From: an uncultured Candidatus Saccharibacteria bacterium
GTDB taxonomy: Bacteria > Patescibacteriota > Minisyncoccia > Phycocordibacterales > CAIZLB01
Direction of reading: 5' to 3'
NCBI GenBank assembly: GCA_964450605.1
Contig: CAYVEK010000002.1
Span: forward strand, 87,681-151,680
Length of the DNA stretch: 64,000 nt
The translations under genes and the position numbers were made by a program. Below, piece by piece: positions 35,381 to 45,469 of the stretch. The notes beneath the pieces are model-generated. The model ran no database searches. It saw only the letters and a program-made list of their open reading frames with translations, and was not told the DNA's origin. Position 1 is the first letter of the stretch; the number at the start of each line of letters is the position of its first letter.

Positions 35381-36067
35381 GTGTTACATTTTCTACGAAC
35401 ACAGACCTTTACAATGAAATACCGTAACCCTGTTAAATGGTCTGTAACTCACTATATCAGACCTAAAAACAAAAAAGTGAGGAAATCAGAGCCTCAAAAG
35501 ACTCCGAAACGAAGTGTTTTTGTGAAATTTCTCAACAGTCTTCAAAATCGTGGACCCCTTCATGCAGTTCGCGGACCTGTATGGGAAAAATTCACAGCAG
35601 AGGTCAGACAAGGAATGGAGGAAGCGGGAACTTGGCCACAAGGTACGCAAGATGCCACGCCTCAAATAATCGCCGAGTATGTGAGTCGACTACAAAAAGC
35701 TTTTTGGGACGATATAGATTTCGACAAATGGACAAATCATCGTAAAACCCAGGATTTATTTTCTGGAAAAAAACATGAACACATCCTCGAACGCCGTCGA
35801 GTCTTTCGTTGGGTTTACGAGAAAATTCGCAGATGGGGTATGCGTCACCAATATGCATACTTGCTCGATAAGTGGTTTTCTCACCACATTCCTGGAACCA
35901 TAGCCCAAACATGGGTACGTTGGGATTTTGACCCTCATGATCGCAGTCATATTTACAGAGTAAGCCGACAAGGCATATGCATCACGCCCTTTAAAGGGGT
36001 CATCTCTCCACCAATCAGTCGACGAGTAATACACCTCGATGTTTCTGAAAAATCCCGTGATTTCTAA
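35381..36067 (+). CDS. Hypothetical basic Trp-rich protein; moderately GC-enriched (~44%)
   Basis: No known domain. An imperfect hairpin plus T-run terminator follows at about 36075-36110. Confidence 0.3.
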   Translation: MLHFLRTQTFTMKYRNPVKWSVTHYIRPKNKKVRKSEPQKTPKRSVFVKFLNSLQNRGPLHAVRGPVWEKFTAEVRQGMEEAGTWPQGTQDATPQIIAEYVSRLQKAFWDDIDFDKWTNHRKTQDLFSGKKHEHILERRRVFRWVYEKIRRWGMRHQYAYLLDKWFSHHIPGTIAQTWVRWDFDPHDRSHIYRVSRQGICITPFKGVISPPISRRVIHLDVSEKSRDF

Positions 36068-36111
36068 CGAACCCTTTCGTCTTCTGGACGGAGGGGTGTA
36101 TTTTTTTATGT

Positions 36112-38484
36112 TTAGCCCTTAACCACAAAACTCACAATCTTGTTTTTGATATAGATAGTTTTAACAATCTCCTTGCCGTCAAGATGACTTGCGACTATCT
36201 TATGAGCTCTGTCGAGTACTGATTTTTCTTCTTCACCCTCTTCTATCTCTATCTCACCTCGCAATTTTCCATTTACCTGAATACCAACAACTACAGTGTC
36301 CGCCAATATCTTTTTCATATCAACTTTTGGCCAATCACTTAGATGAATAGATTTTTTATTTCCAAACTTAGTCCACAACTCTTCAGATATATGTGAAGCA
36401 AATGGGGCAATAAGTTTTAAGAATGTTTCAAAATCTTTTTGCGGAACACTCTCACATGTTTCTAATTCATTTAACAAAATCATGAGTGATGATACTGCAG
36501 TATTGAAACAAAATGTATCGATATCCTCTGTAACTTTTTTAATAGTTTTATGTATATGTGATACGATCTTAGGATCAAGTTTTGTTTTATTTTTACTATC
36601 AACTTTTTCAGCAAGTCGCCATACACGATCAACAAAACGCCGTGTTCCGATAATACTGTCAGTACTCCAAGGCAATGAAGAATCAAATGGACCAATAAAC
36701 ATCTCGTACAATCTAAACGCATCGGCTCCGTATGTGTTTATACAATCATCAGGATTAACTACATTTCCCCATCGCTTACTCATCTTACGATTGTCAGAGG
36801 CTAGTATCATGCCTTGATTTTTCAAAACCTTAAACGGTTCATCAGTTGGAACAAGCCCCAGGTCATACAAAAACTTATGCCAAAATCGTGAATACAGCAA
36901 ATGCCCAGTTGCGTGTTCTGCACCACCTACATACACATCAACATCTCTCCATAGTTCTACCGCTTTTTTACTTGCGAACGCTGATTTATTTTTAGGATCC
37001 ATGTATCGCAAGAAGTACCAAGAAGAGCCTGCCCATCCTGGCATAGTATTTGTTTCGTACCCAGCTTTCATCCAAGATGAAATAGCAGCGAGTGGAGACT
37101 CTCCTGTTCCTGTCGGTTCATATGAAGTTACTTTTGGTAGATTTAATGGAAGCTCTGATGTTTTAAGAGGTACAACAACTCCATCTTTATCATGCTTTAT
37201 AGGCACAGGTTCGCCCCAATATCGCTGTCGAGCGAAAACTGCGTCACGCATTTTGTACTGAAATGTTTTTTGAGCACCTATACGTTTTGCTACCTGTTCA
37301 GCATCTTCCAAAATAACAGTCTTTATATCTATATTGTATTTTTGAGCAAATTCTTTATCTCTATCATCCTCATCTGGCACACCCATAACTGCACCTGTTC
37401 CATACCCTGATAAAACATAGTTTGCTACATATATGGGAATATGTTTTTTTGTATCAGGATGAATGGCTGATACACCTTCAACCAGAATACCAATTTTTTC
37501 TTTTAAATCCTGCTCATTATTTGACCAATGTTTTGACTGTTCAGCATAGTCACTTGCTATAGGATGATCTCTGGCAATAACCATAAAAGTAATTCCTGAC
37601 AGTGTATCAAGTCTTGTCGTGTATGCTTCTAGAGAATCCACCCCATTAACCGGAGTACTTAATCTGAACACAACTTTGTGACCTTGACTCTTTCCTATCC
37701 AATTTCGCTGAATTGTTTTTATGTGCTCACTCCAGCCTAGCTTATCCAAACCAGAAAGCAATCGATCAGCATATGCTGAGATGCGCATAAACCACTGACG
37801 CATCAGCTTTTTTTCAACTGGAAAACCTCCTCGCTCACTTTTACCGTCTATAATCTCATCGTTGGCAAGCACCGTACCAAGTCCTGGACACCAGTTTACT
37901 TCACTGTAGCCCTCATAAGCCAAGCGATATTTCATCAACTCTTTTTCTTTTTCAATCTTTGTTAGTTTTTTCCACTCTTTTGTTTTTTCTAGCTTTGCAA
38001 TCAACTCTTTGATCGGCCGAGCTTTGTTTTTCTTTTCATCATAATATGAATTATATAGCTGTAAGAAAATCCACTGTGTCCATTTATAATATTCTGGATC
38101 AGTCGTGTTTACTCGTCGAGACCAGTCATATGAAAGACCGATGATAGATAACTGTTTTTCAAACGTTTTAACATTTACCTCCACCGCTTTTCGCGGATGA
38201 ACTTTATGTTCAATAGCATATTGCTCCGCTGGAAGACCGAATGCATCATATCCCATAGGGTGTAATACGTTATACCCTTGCATACGCTTCATACGAGCAT
38301 ACACATCACTTCCTATATATCCACGAGGATGTCCTACATGCAAACCTGCCCCAGATGGGTACGGGAACATGTCGAGAACATACATTTTTTTCTTCTTTTT
38401 ATCCTGAGCTGTTTTATATGTTTGTTTTTTATTCCACTCCTTCTGCCACTTAGCGTCTGTTTTTTTATGATCGTAAAATTTCAT
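36112..38484 (-). CDS. leuS: Leucyl-tRNA synthetase
   Basis: HIGH-type motif (HVGHPRGY), the KMSKRWGN motif, and a length of 790 aa. Confidence 0.95.
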   Translation of the reverse strand: MKFYDHKKTDAKWQKEWNKKQTYKTAQDKKKKKMYVLDMFPYPSGAGLHVGHPRGYIGSDVYARMKRMQGYNVLHPMGYDAFGLPAEQYAIEHKVHPRKAVEVNVKTFEKQLSIIGLSYDWSRRVNTTDPEYYKWTQWIFLQLYNSYYDEKKNKARPIKELIAKLEKTKEWKKLTKIEKEKELMKYRLAYEGYSEVNWCPGLGTVLANDEIIDGKSERGGFPVEKKLMRQWFMRISAYADRLLSGLDKLGWSEHIKTIQRNWIGKSQGHKVVFRLSTPVNGVDSLEAYTTRLDTLSGITFMVIARDHPIASDYAEQSKHWSNNEQDLKEKIGILVEGVSAIHPDTKKHIPIYVANYVLSGYGTGAVMGVPDEDDRDKEFAQKYNIDIKTVILEDAEQVAKRIGAQKTFQYKMRDAVFARQRYWGEPVPIKHDKDGVVVPLKTSELPLNLPKVTSYEPTGTGESPLAAISSWMKAGYETNTMPGWAGSSWYFLRYMDPKNKSAFASKKAVELWRDVDVYVGGAEHATGHLLYSRFWHKFLYDLGLVPTDEPFKVLKNQGMILASDNRKMSKRWGNVVNPDDCINTYGADAFRLYEMFIGPFDSSLPWSTDSIIGTRRFVDRVWRLAEKVDSKNKTKLDPKIVSHIHKTIKKVTEDIDTFCFNTAVSSLMILLNELETCESVPQKDFETFLKLIAPFASHISEELWTKFGNKKSIHLSDWPKVDMKKILADTVVVGIQVNGKLRGEIEIEEGEEEKSVLDRAHKIVASHLDGKEIVKTIYIKNKIVSFVVKG

Positions 38485-38673
38485 ACGGTTTATTATATCA
38501 ATAGATTAGTAAATAACATGTCGAGTACGGGTGAGAAGGTTATACAAAACCAGCCCCACCCTATCTAAGGGCAAGGTTGAGAACAAGGTATAGGTTTTTC
38601 GATAGTATCTGCTTTGGACTAACCATATATATTTGAACTATATACTTGTTTGCCCTTTTAGGCAAATTATGAT

Positions 38674-38928
38674 ATGGTTCTTTGTATGTCATTAAACGTA
38701 CAAATCAGTAAAAACCAAGGTGAGTCACCATCATCTGTACTTCGACGATTTACAAAGAAAGTGCAGGAGTGGGGTGGTCTAAACAAAGTTCGAGAGAAAA
38801 GATATTCTGAGCGAGCTATGTCACACTACAAAACAAAGCAATCAACATTGAAAAAGCTTAAAAAGAACGCAGAGCGAATGGCCGAAATTAAGCTTGGAAA
38901 GTTTTTCAATACACAAAAGTCTCGATAA
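38674..38928 (+). CDS. rpsU: 30S ribosomal protein S21 (probable start at MSLNVQISK)
   Basis: VLRRFTKKVQEWGGLNKVREKRYSE resembles S21. Confidence 0.65.
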   Translation: MVLCMSLNVQISKNQGESPSSVLRRFTKKVQEWGGLNKVREKRYSERAMSHYKTKQSTLKKLKKNAERMAEIKLGKFFNTQKSR

Positions 38929-38937
38929 ACTTATCTC

Positions 38938-39375
38938 ATGCGTGTACTTGTTGATACAGATACATTATTGGCTACGTACACAACAAAAAAAGCACCTGTA
39001 CTATCTGGTGCTTTTTTGTTATCTATAAAAGAAACTATCTTAGGAAAAGAGTATGATCTATCTGTAAGTTTTGTTGGACCAACAACAATGCGCCGGATAA
39101 ATAAAACAAATAGAAACATAGATAAGGCAACAGATACTCTTTCATTCCCTATCGAACTTGGAGTCAAAGGTTCTGGAGAGCTATATATATGTATGGACAA
39201 GATTATTTCAAAATCAAAAAAGTTTGAATTAACTCCCAAAAAATATCTCGAATACGTTCTTGTGCACAGCATGGTTCATCTACTTGGATACGATCACGGT
39301 GATAAGATGGATGCTGTGGAGAAAAAGCATTGTCAAAAACTTCACATAAACTATCCTTACAGGTATACTGAATAG
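38938..39375 (+). CDS. ybeY: rRNA maturation endoribonuclease YbeY
   Basis: HSMVHLLGYDH metal-binding motif. Confidence 0.85.
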   Translation: MRVLVDTDTLLATYTTKKAPVLSGAFLLSIKETILGKEYDLSVSFVGPTTMRRINKTNRNIDKATDTLSFPIELGVKGSGELYICMDKIISKSKKFELTPKKYLEYVLVHSMVHLLGYDHGDKMDAVEKKHCQKLHINYPYRYTE

Positions 39376-39378
39376 TAT

Positions 39379-40668
39379 ATGAAGAAGTCTGAACAAAATA
39401 CGGCAGTGCTTGAAGTTGGCACAAAGTCACTTCGTATTTTGGTATTGGACAACACTGACACTGAAAAGAGGAAAATATTGGCAACAGCTTCTGTACCAAT
39501 ACAATATATAAAACGAGGAATCATTTCCAACCCTGATGAACTCATACAGTCTATACGACTTGGCCTTTCAAGTATTCAAAAGCAATTTTTACCTAAAATA
39601 CAAAGTATAGTTATCGCACTATCTGGAACTTCCCTAACTAGTATTATCAGCAGTGCACAGATAGAGATACCTCCTCGAACTGGAGTGGTTGATAGTAGAA
39701 CCTTAGACGCACTCATGCAGAAAGTTGAGGACCGTATCCCTGAGTCTATTATCCAAAATAGAAAGATAGTTCAGATCATCCCTCAAGAATACCGCATCGA
39801 CAATAAACGAGTTCCTGGAGATAAAGCACTTGGTCTGCGTGGATTATCTCTTGAGATGAAAGCTCTCTGCATCATGGTGCAAAAACAACATCTTGAAAAT
39901 ATACTCTACGCCTGTGAACAATGTGGTCTACAACCTGAGGACGTGCTTATCGGTCATTATGGATATGCAGAAACCCTAGTCAAAGAACCGGATCGTCTTG
40001 CTGGTGTATGTATTGTAAATATTGGAGGCGACACAACATCTGTTATCACATATGACGAAGGTGTACCACTTTTCTTTGAGGTACTACCTATCGGATCTCA
40101 GGATATAACCAAAGATCTGGCGCTCGGACTCAAAGTAACCATCGAACGAGCTGAGCAGATAAAACTGAATCCTCAGAGTGAATTACAAAAACTTACAACT
40201 GAACTTACTGAAGTAATATTAAAAAAACACAAAACAACCGTTAAACGCGATCAACGAGAGCGTGCTTTGTACATGAACTTGGAAGAAAAATATCACGAGG
40301 TAGTTTTTGCTCGATTGATAGATATATTTGAACTTGTGCAAGGACATTTGCGAAAAATAAAAAAAGATAGACTTCTTCCTGCCGGAGTGCATATCTGCGG
40401 ATCAGGAGGAAAGATTGCTGATATAGATATCATCGCAAAAGAAATACTTCACCTCCCTGTTCAGATAGTAAAAGATACTGAGTTATATAAAACTATCAGT
40501 AAACACAAGATTAGTAATGAATCAAACCCTCCTTTTTACACACCAGACTATCTTTCCTTGTACGGTACAGCTGTTGTATATCTTCAGACAGAAGAACCAA
40601 GTCGATACCACCCTCACGAGTCATTAGGAACCAAGATTTTAGGCTGGTTTAAGCAGTTTTTGCCTTAG
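39379..40668 (+). CDS. ftsA: Cell division protein FtsA
   Basis: Actin-like ATPase fold immediately upstream of ftsZ; 429 aa. Confidence 0.8.
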   Translation: MKKSEQNTAVLEVGTKSLRILVLDNTDTEKRKILATASVPIQYIKRGIISNPDELIQSIRLGLSSIQKQFLPKIQSIVIALSGTSLTSIISSAQIEIPPRTGVVDSRTLDALMQKVEDRIPESIIQNRKIVQIIPQEYRIDNKRVPGDKALGLRGLSLEMKALCIMVQKQHLENILYACEQCGLQPEDVLIGHYGYAETLVKEPDRLAGVCIVNIGGDTTSVITYDEGVPLFFEVLPIGSQDITKDLALGLKVTIERAEQIKLNPQSELQKLTTELTEVILKKHKTTVKRDQRERALYMNLEEKYHEVVFARLIDIFELVQGHLRKIKKDRLLPAGVHICGSGGKIADIDIIAKEILHLPVQIVKDTELYKTISKHKISNESNPPFYTPDYLSLYGTAVVYLQTEEPSRYHPHESLGTKILGWFKQFLP

Positions 40669-40697
40669 TACGGCAGCAAAATCACGACACGTTCTTC

Positions 40698-41969
40698 TTG
40701 TATATCAAACTTCCCAATCCATATTTTTGTGGTATTATTCCAACCATGCCACAAGTAAAAACTGACGTTCAAACATTTGCCAGAATTATGGTTATCGGAG
40801 TGGGTGGATCTGGTAAAAATGCAACAAACCACATGATCGAAGCAAAAGTTAAAGGTGTTGATTTCCTTGCCGTAAACACAGATGCTCAAGATCTACAAAA
40901 TTCTCTTGCCCCTCGCAAGATACATATAGGTAAAAACTTAACAAAAGGCCTCGGAGCAGGTATGAATCCTGAAGTAGGAAAAAATGCCGCCGAAGAAACT
41001 CGAGCCGAGATCCAAGAATCTCTAAAAAATGCAGACATGGTATTTGTTACAGGTGGACTTGGAGGAGGAACAGGAACAGGAGCAAGCCCTGTTGTTGCTA
41101 AACTAGCAAAAGAGATGGGTACCCTAACTATCGGAGTTGTTACAAAACCTTTTGCCTTTGAGGGAAATCGACGTATGCGACTTGCAGAAGAAGGTCTTGC
41201 TGAGCTATCTCGCTCAGTTGATGCTCTTGTTGTTGTGCCTAACGACAAACTTCTTGCTGTTGTAGATAAAAATACTACTGCCAAGGATGCATTCTCTATG
41301 TCCGATGAGGTGCTTCGACAAGCCGTTGAAGGTATTTCACAACTTATCACAACACCTGGAAGTGTCGGAAACATCGACTTTGCTGATATACGAGCCGTTC
41401 TTGAAAATGCAGGCTCAGCGCTTATGGGTATTGGAACAGCAAGTGGAGAAAATCGTGCAACTGACGCCGCTAAAGCAGCAATATCATCACCTCTTATCGA
41501 CGTATCTATACATGGTGCAAAAGGAGTTCTCTTCTCTATCGCCGGAAGCGATGATCTAACTATGTATGAGATCTCAGAAGCAGCTCGAGTTATTACAGAA
41601 TCTGTTGACCCTGATGCCAAGATTATCTTCGGTACAGTCAAAGATGAAAGTCTAAAGAAAAATGAAATAAAAATCACTGTTATCGCAGCCAACTTTCCTG
41701 ATAAACTCACAGCCGTTCGAAACATCTTCAAAGATCGAGATGCCATGATACAAGATAGCCACTCTCAATCAGACTCCCCTACAAAAGGAAAGATTTTTAA
41801 CTCTATCGGCAACATCTTTAAAGAAGAACCTACTCCAACTCCAGCTCCAACAAAAGTTGAGGAGATTATCGATGACACTACAAACTCAAATGTAATGAAG
41901 CCTGCTCCAGACGATGATGAATGGAGTGCTGTTCCAGCTTTTCTACGAAGATCAAAAGGTCGAAACTAA
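40698..41969 (+). CDS. ftsZ: Cell division GTPase FtsZ (likely start at MPQVKTD, about 40746)
   Basis: The tubulin-like GTP-binding loop GGLGGGTGTGASP (GGGTGTG signature) and the NTDAQ motif. Confidence 0.95.
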   Translation: MYIKLPNPYFCGIIPTMPQVKTDVQTFARIMVIGVGGSGKNATNHMIEAKVKGVDFLAVNTDAQDLQNSLAPRKIHIGKNLTKGLGAGMNPEVGKNAAEETRAEIQESLKNADMVFVTGGLGGGTGTGASPVVAKLAKEMGTLTIGVVTKPFAFEGNRRMRLAEEGLAELSRSVDALVVVPNDKLLAVVDKNTTAKDAFSMSDEVLRQAVEGISQLITTPGSVGNIDFADIRAVLENAGSALMGIGTASGENRATDAAKAAISSPLIDVSIHGAKGVLFSIAGSDDLTMYEISEAARVITESVDPDAKIIFGTVKDESLKKNEIKITVIAANFPDKLTAVRNIFKDRDAMIQDSHSQSDSPTKGKIFNSIGNIFKEEPTPTPAPTKVEEIIDDTTNSNVMKPAPDDDEWSAVPAFLRRSKGRN

Positions 41970-42005
41970 ACTAGACCATAAAAAATCAAACCATGAGATT
42001 CAAGC

Positions 42006-42950
42006 ATGATGTATACTTACATCATGCTTGATCTTATTATCATAGGAGGAGGACCTGCTGGAGCTGCAGCAGGTGTATACGCTTCTCGAAAAAGATTAAA
42101 AACAGCTCTCATAACAGATTCTTTTGGTGGACAAAGTGTTGTCTCAACAGATATACAAAACTGGATAGGCTCTCCTCATATAAGTGGAGATGCTTTAGCA
42201 AAAAGTCTTGAAGCGCATGTTCGAGAATATGCAAGTGATATCACAACTATATATGATCATCACCGAGTCGTTGCTGTTCGAAAAGATGGCATGACATTTT
42301 CTGTTGACGTTCAAGATAGAAGTGGATCAGTAGAGACACTCACCTCTCGTGCTGTGCTGGTCGCCACAGGAAGCAAAAGAAAAAAACTACAAGCAAAAGG
42401 CGCTGATATATTTGAACACAAAGGTGTTACCTACTGTGCGTCATGTGATGGTCCTGTATTTTCAGGCATGCCAGTTGCTGTTATAGGTGGCGGAAACGCA
42501 GCGTTTGAAACAGCTCTGCAGCTTTCTGCATACTGTTCTCATGTCTATTTGTTAAATAGAACAGATACATTTAAAGCTGATGAGATAACAGTTGAAAAAG
42601 CTCGTAAAAAAGAAAATCTTACTATCATCACAAACGCCTCAACAGATGAAGTTGCCGGAAGTATGTTTGTAGAAAAACTTCTATATACAGAGTCAGGTGA
42701 GAAAAAAGAACTTGCTGTGAATGGTGTTTTTGTCGAGATCGGACAAGAACCAAATACCGATTTTGTAAAAGGTTTAGTTGATATGAATACAGTTGGAAAT
42801 ATCATCGTTAATCCAAAAACACAAAGAACTTCTGTTGACGGTGTTTGGGCTGCTGGAGATTGTACTGATGGTTTGTATCATCAGAACAATATCGCAGCTG
42901 GAGACGCGGTGAAAGCGCTGGAGGATGCATATGTTTGGTTGCAGGGGTAG
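42006..42950 (+). CDS. trxB: Thioredoxin-disulfide reductase
   Basis: FAD-binding GGGPAGAAAG, redox CASCDG, NAD(P)-binding GGGNAA. Confidence 0.85.
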   Translation: MMYTYIMLDLIIIGGGPAGAAAGVYASRKRLKTALITDSFGGQSVVSTDIQNWIGSPHISGDALAKSLEAHVREYASDITTIYDHHRVVAVRKDGMTFSVDVQDRSGSVETLTSRAVLVATGSKRKKLQAKGADIFEHKGVTYCASCDGPVFSGMPVAVIGGGNAAFETALQLSAYCSHVYLLNRTDTFKADEITVEKARKKENLTIITNASTDEVAGSMFVEKLLYTESGEKKELAVNGVFVEIGQEPNTDFVKGLVDMNTVGNIIVNPKTQRTSVDGVWAAGDCTDGLYHQNNIAAGDAVKALEDAYVWLQG

Positions 42951-42956
42951 ATAAAA

Positions 42957-43440
42957 TTATTCTTTATAGTTCTGAACTATTTGTTCGATAATACTAGTTG
43001 TAGATATTTGTCTGTCATTGTTTATGACACTGTCTTTTTCTGATATACAAAGCTCAACACCTATATCTTTAAAAGACTGACGAAACGGTTCCCATGTATC
43101 ACGGTCCAGTGAAATAAAAATATCAGGACGAAGTGTTGCAACTATTTCACTTGTTTTTATCCTTTCTCCTGAAATTTCGTCTTTTGCTAAAAATGAATAA
43201 TCAACATCTTTTAAGCAATCTATTATTCTCATTTATAATAGGCCTTTTACTACCTTTTTTCTTTACAACCATTGAATCTGCTAATACAGCCACTATAAGA
43301 ATATCGCCTAAAGATTTCATTTTTTTAAAACCTGTCACATGTCCTACATGCAATAAATCAAAAACACCGTCAGTAAAAACTATTTTTTTATCTCTATGCT
43401 GATCTCGTATTTGAGAAAGTTGTGTATGATTAATGATCAT
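42957..43440 (-). pseudogene. Frameshifted cytidylyltransferase-family gene (glycerol-3-phosphate cytidylyltransferase / RfaE-domain-II-like) split into 43440..43201 and 43232..42957
   Basis: The N-terminal part carries the HxGH motif (FDLLHVGHV). The C-terminal part continues the family in a different frame, and the two ORFs overlap by 32 bp. This could be a sequencing error or an authentic frameshift. Confidence 0.6.
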
Positions 43441-43468
43441 ATTTGTGGGCGATACAGGACTCGACCTC
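43441..43468 (-). repeat. Duplicated 3' fragment of tRNA-Val (about 25-28 nt: TTTGTGGGCGATACAGGACTCGA), 145 bp from the intact gene
   Basis: Direct repeat of the intact tRNA-Val 3' end at 43585-43607. There is no matching 5' acceptor strand, so it is not a complete tRNA. Confidence 0.8.
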
Positions 43469-43586
43469 TACGAGGTCAGTACACCTTTGCGGTTTGATTC
43501 GGACAAAAGTCCTCACAAACATCGCAAAGCTTTTCGAGTCCTGAAAAAAGCTTCGCTTTTTTAATTATACAGTATTGTGATATTTG

Positions 43587-43659
43587 TGGGCGATACAGGA
43601 CTCGAACCTGTGGCCTTGTCTACGTCAAAGACACGCTCTACCAACTGAGCTAATCGCCC
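43587..43659 (-). tRNA. tRNA-Val (anticodon GAC)
   Basis: Acceptor GGGCGAT/ATCGCCC; D arm GCTC-AGTTGGTA-GAGC; anticodon loop TTGACGT; T arm ACAGG-TTCGAGT-CCTGT. Confidence 0.8.
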
Positions 43660-43753
43660 GTCTATAGGTTCCATAGTATCATGGAAGGGCTATTCTGTGG
43701 AGCCACACTTCCCTTGATTTAACAAGGGATTATTGCTATATTTAAGACCGTCA

Positions 43754-43825
43754 GGCCCCATCGTCTAACGGTTAGGACAGCAGGTTTTCAATCTGTTAAT
43801 CGGAGTTCGATTCTCCGTGGGGTCA
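43754..43825 (+). tRNA. tRNA-Glu (anticodon TTC)
   Basis: Acceptor GGCCCCA/TGGGGTC; D arm GTCT-AACGGTTA-GGAC, typical of Glu; anticodon loop TTTTCAA; T arm CGGAG-TTCGATT-CTCCG. Confidence 0.7.
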
Positions 43826-43859
43826 CCTTAAACAGGCGGTATGGGTAGCTTTATTTAAA

Positions 43860-44153
43860 ATGAAAACAACTAAATTAGTATCAATTTTAAACATTGTATT
43901 TATTCCCTTGTATGGATTTTTCTTATGGTTTTTTGCAAACTCACCAAGGATTGGATTCTTTGGAGTATTGTATATGGTTCTTATTTTAGGTAATCTTTTC
44001 TTGCATATATTAAAGAAAGATATATCTCAAAAAATACCTAGGTGGTATCCTACATTGAAGAATGTTGTGATTTCACTTAGTATTGTATCGAGCACTTACT
44101 TTATTGTATGGCTATACTTTGCTTTAAACTATTTAATATCTACTTTACCGTAG
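43860..44153 (+). CDS. Small membrane protein, hypothetical (3 TM helices)
   Basis: Hydrophobic helices only. Confidence 0.3.
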   Translation: MKTTKLVSILNIVFIPLYGFFLWFFANSPRIGFFGVLYMVLILGNLFLHILKKDISQKIPRWYPTLKNVVISLSIVSSTYFIVWLYFALNYLISTLP

Positions 44154-44362
44154 ATTTATTGGCCAACTCCCAGTCTTCATATAATATATGAGCAGTTATC
44201 TAATGACACCAGAAACCCCCTCTGGCATGGTTATAAAACCTAGATTGATAATATTAAGGATCACGGTCGGGCACCTTGCCTAAAAAGTCTCCTCTTCCAA
44301 GGAGACTTTTTAGATTATTTGAATCATTATCAGGATGTGCTTCAAAGTATACGGTCTCCCCC

Positions 44363-45289
44363 CTACCTCACCATCCTCAACACTAACTTCTCAAACCATT
44401 TTATAAATATCAAACCAAGTATAGCCGAAGCGACATTGAACAATATGTGCGCTAGAGAAACCTGCATAGCTGAGCTATCTGAAAGTGACATGATAAATTC
44501 TGACACTGGTTTTAAAAACGGCAAGACAAGTATCACTCCGAGCACATTAAATACAAAATGTGCCATCGCTGCCCTCTTTGCTTCTTTATCCATCACAGCT
44601 GCTGCGATAAGTGCAGTTGAGGTTGTACCGACATTTGTTCCGAGAAGTATTGCAAATGCCTGCTCAAATCCAACAAGTCCTGCTCCTGCTAGTATAACCA
44701 TAATTCCTGATATAAGAGCACTTGATTGTAGTACAACAGTTATAAGCAATCCTATCAAAAGGCTGATGTATATATTTGCATTATCTGTTAATAGTTTCAT
44801 TATCCACGGATCATTTTTCAAAGGCTCAACGAGAACTGAAATGATAAACAGTGTCGAGAACATCAATCCAAAATAAAATATTGGTTTTCCAAGATGACTA
44901 AAGGCTGTTTTTATTTTCATTAACAAAAATCCAAGCACGAGTATAAACGGCGCAACTTCGAGTAGTTGAAATGCTATCAACTGTGTTGTGATGGTTGTTC
45001 CGATATTTGCACCAAAGATAACTCCGAGACTTTGCCTAAATGTCATAAGACCACCTTGTACCAAACTGATAGCAATGACTGTTGTTGCAGTTGAAGACTG
45101 TAGTATCGCAGTGATCACTGTTCCTATCAGAGTTCCTCGTAGTGGTGTTGAGGTTATACTTTGTATGATTGATTTAAATCTATTTCCTGCAAGTCTTTCG
45201 AGCTGTCGACTAAACTTTTCAATCGCAAAAAGAAATACGAAAATAACAGCAATGATGGAAAATAAAATATAGGTTAAGCTAGTTGGCAT
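44363..45289 (-). CDS. Na+/phosphate cotransporter family (NptA-like) membrane protein
   Basis: Duplicated Na_Pi_cotrans-like segments (GANIGTTITT ... GTNVGTTSTA). Confidence 0.65.
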   Translation of the reverse strand: MPTSLTYILFSIIAVIFVFLFAIEKFSRQLERLAGNRFKSIIQSITSTPLRGTLIGTVITAILQSSTATTVIAISLVQGGLMTFRQSLGVIFGANIGTTITTQLIAFQLLEVAPFILVLGFLLMKIKTAFSHLGKPIFYFGLMFSTLFIISVLVEPLKNDPWIMKLLTDNANIYISLLIGLLITVVLQSSALISGIMVILAGAGLVGFEQAFAILLGTNVGTTSTALIAAAVMDKEAKRAAMAHFVFNVLGVILVLPFLKPVSEFIMSLSDSSAMQVSLAHILFNVASAILGLIFIKWFEKLVLRMVR

Positions 45290-45325
45290 GAATACATTTT
45301 ACCTGTATTTTGCTGGGTTATTTGC

Positions 45326-45354
45326 TTGACTTTTAGCACTAAATGCTGTATTAT
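45326..45354 (+). promoter_or_regulatory. Sigma-70-like promoter TTGACT-17-TATTAT
   Basis: Consensus hexamers with 17-bp spacer, about 115 bp upstream of the GC-rich gene at 45470. Confidence 0.5.
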
Positions 45355-45378
45355 ACGAGCGCACCTTAACACTATTTT

Positions 45379-45422
45379 CATTGCATGATTAAGATCATTT
45401 TTGTGATTTTAATCATGCAATG
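45379..45422 (+). promoter_or_regulatory. Perfect 14-bp inverted repeat (CATTGCATGATTAA-N16-TTAATCATGCAATG) in the 5'UTR
   Basis: Seen directly. It lies between the promoter and the start codon, so it may be an operator or an RNA stem-loop. Confidence 0.5.
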
Positions 45423-45469
45423 GAAGACAAAAATTCATCAACCAAAACCCTTCTGTTGCATGCATCACC

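Noticed and set aside
40886-41746. 286-aa minus-strand ORF
   Set aside because: It is entirely antisense to ftsZ, which is unambiguous. Its Ser/Ala/Arg-rich composition is typical of a shadow ORF.
43441-43530. A second complete tRNA upstream of tRNA-Val
   Set aside because: Only the 3' ~25 nt match tRNA-Val. There is no complementary 5' acceptor strand and no cloverleaf. I call it a fragment or att scar.
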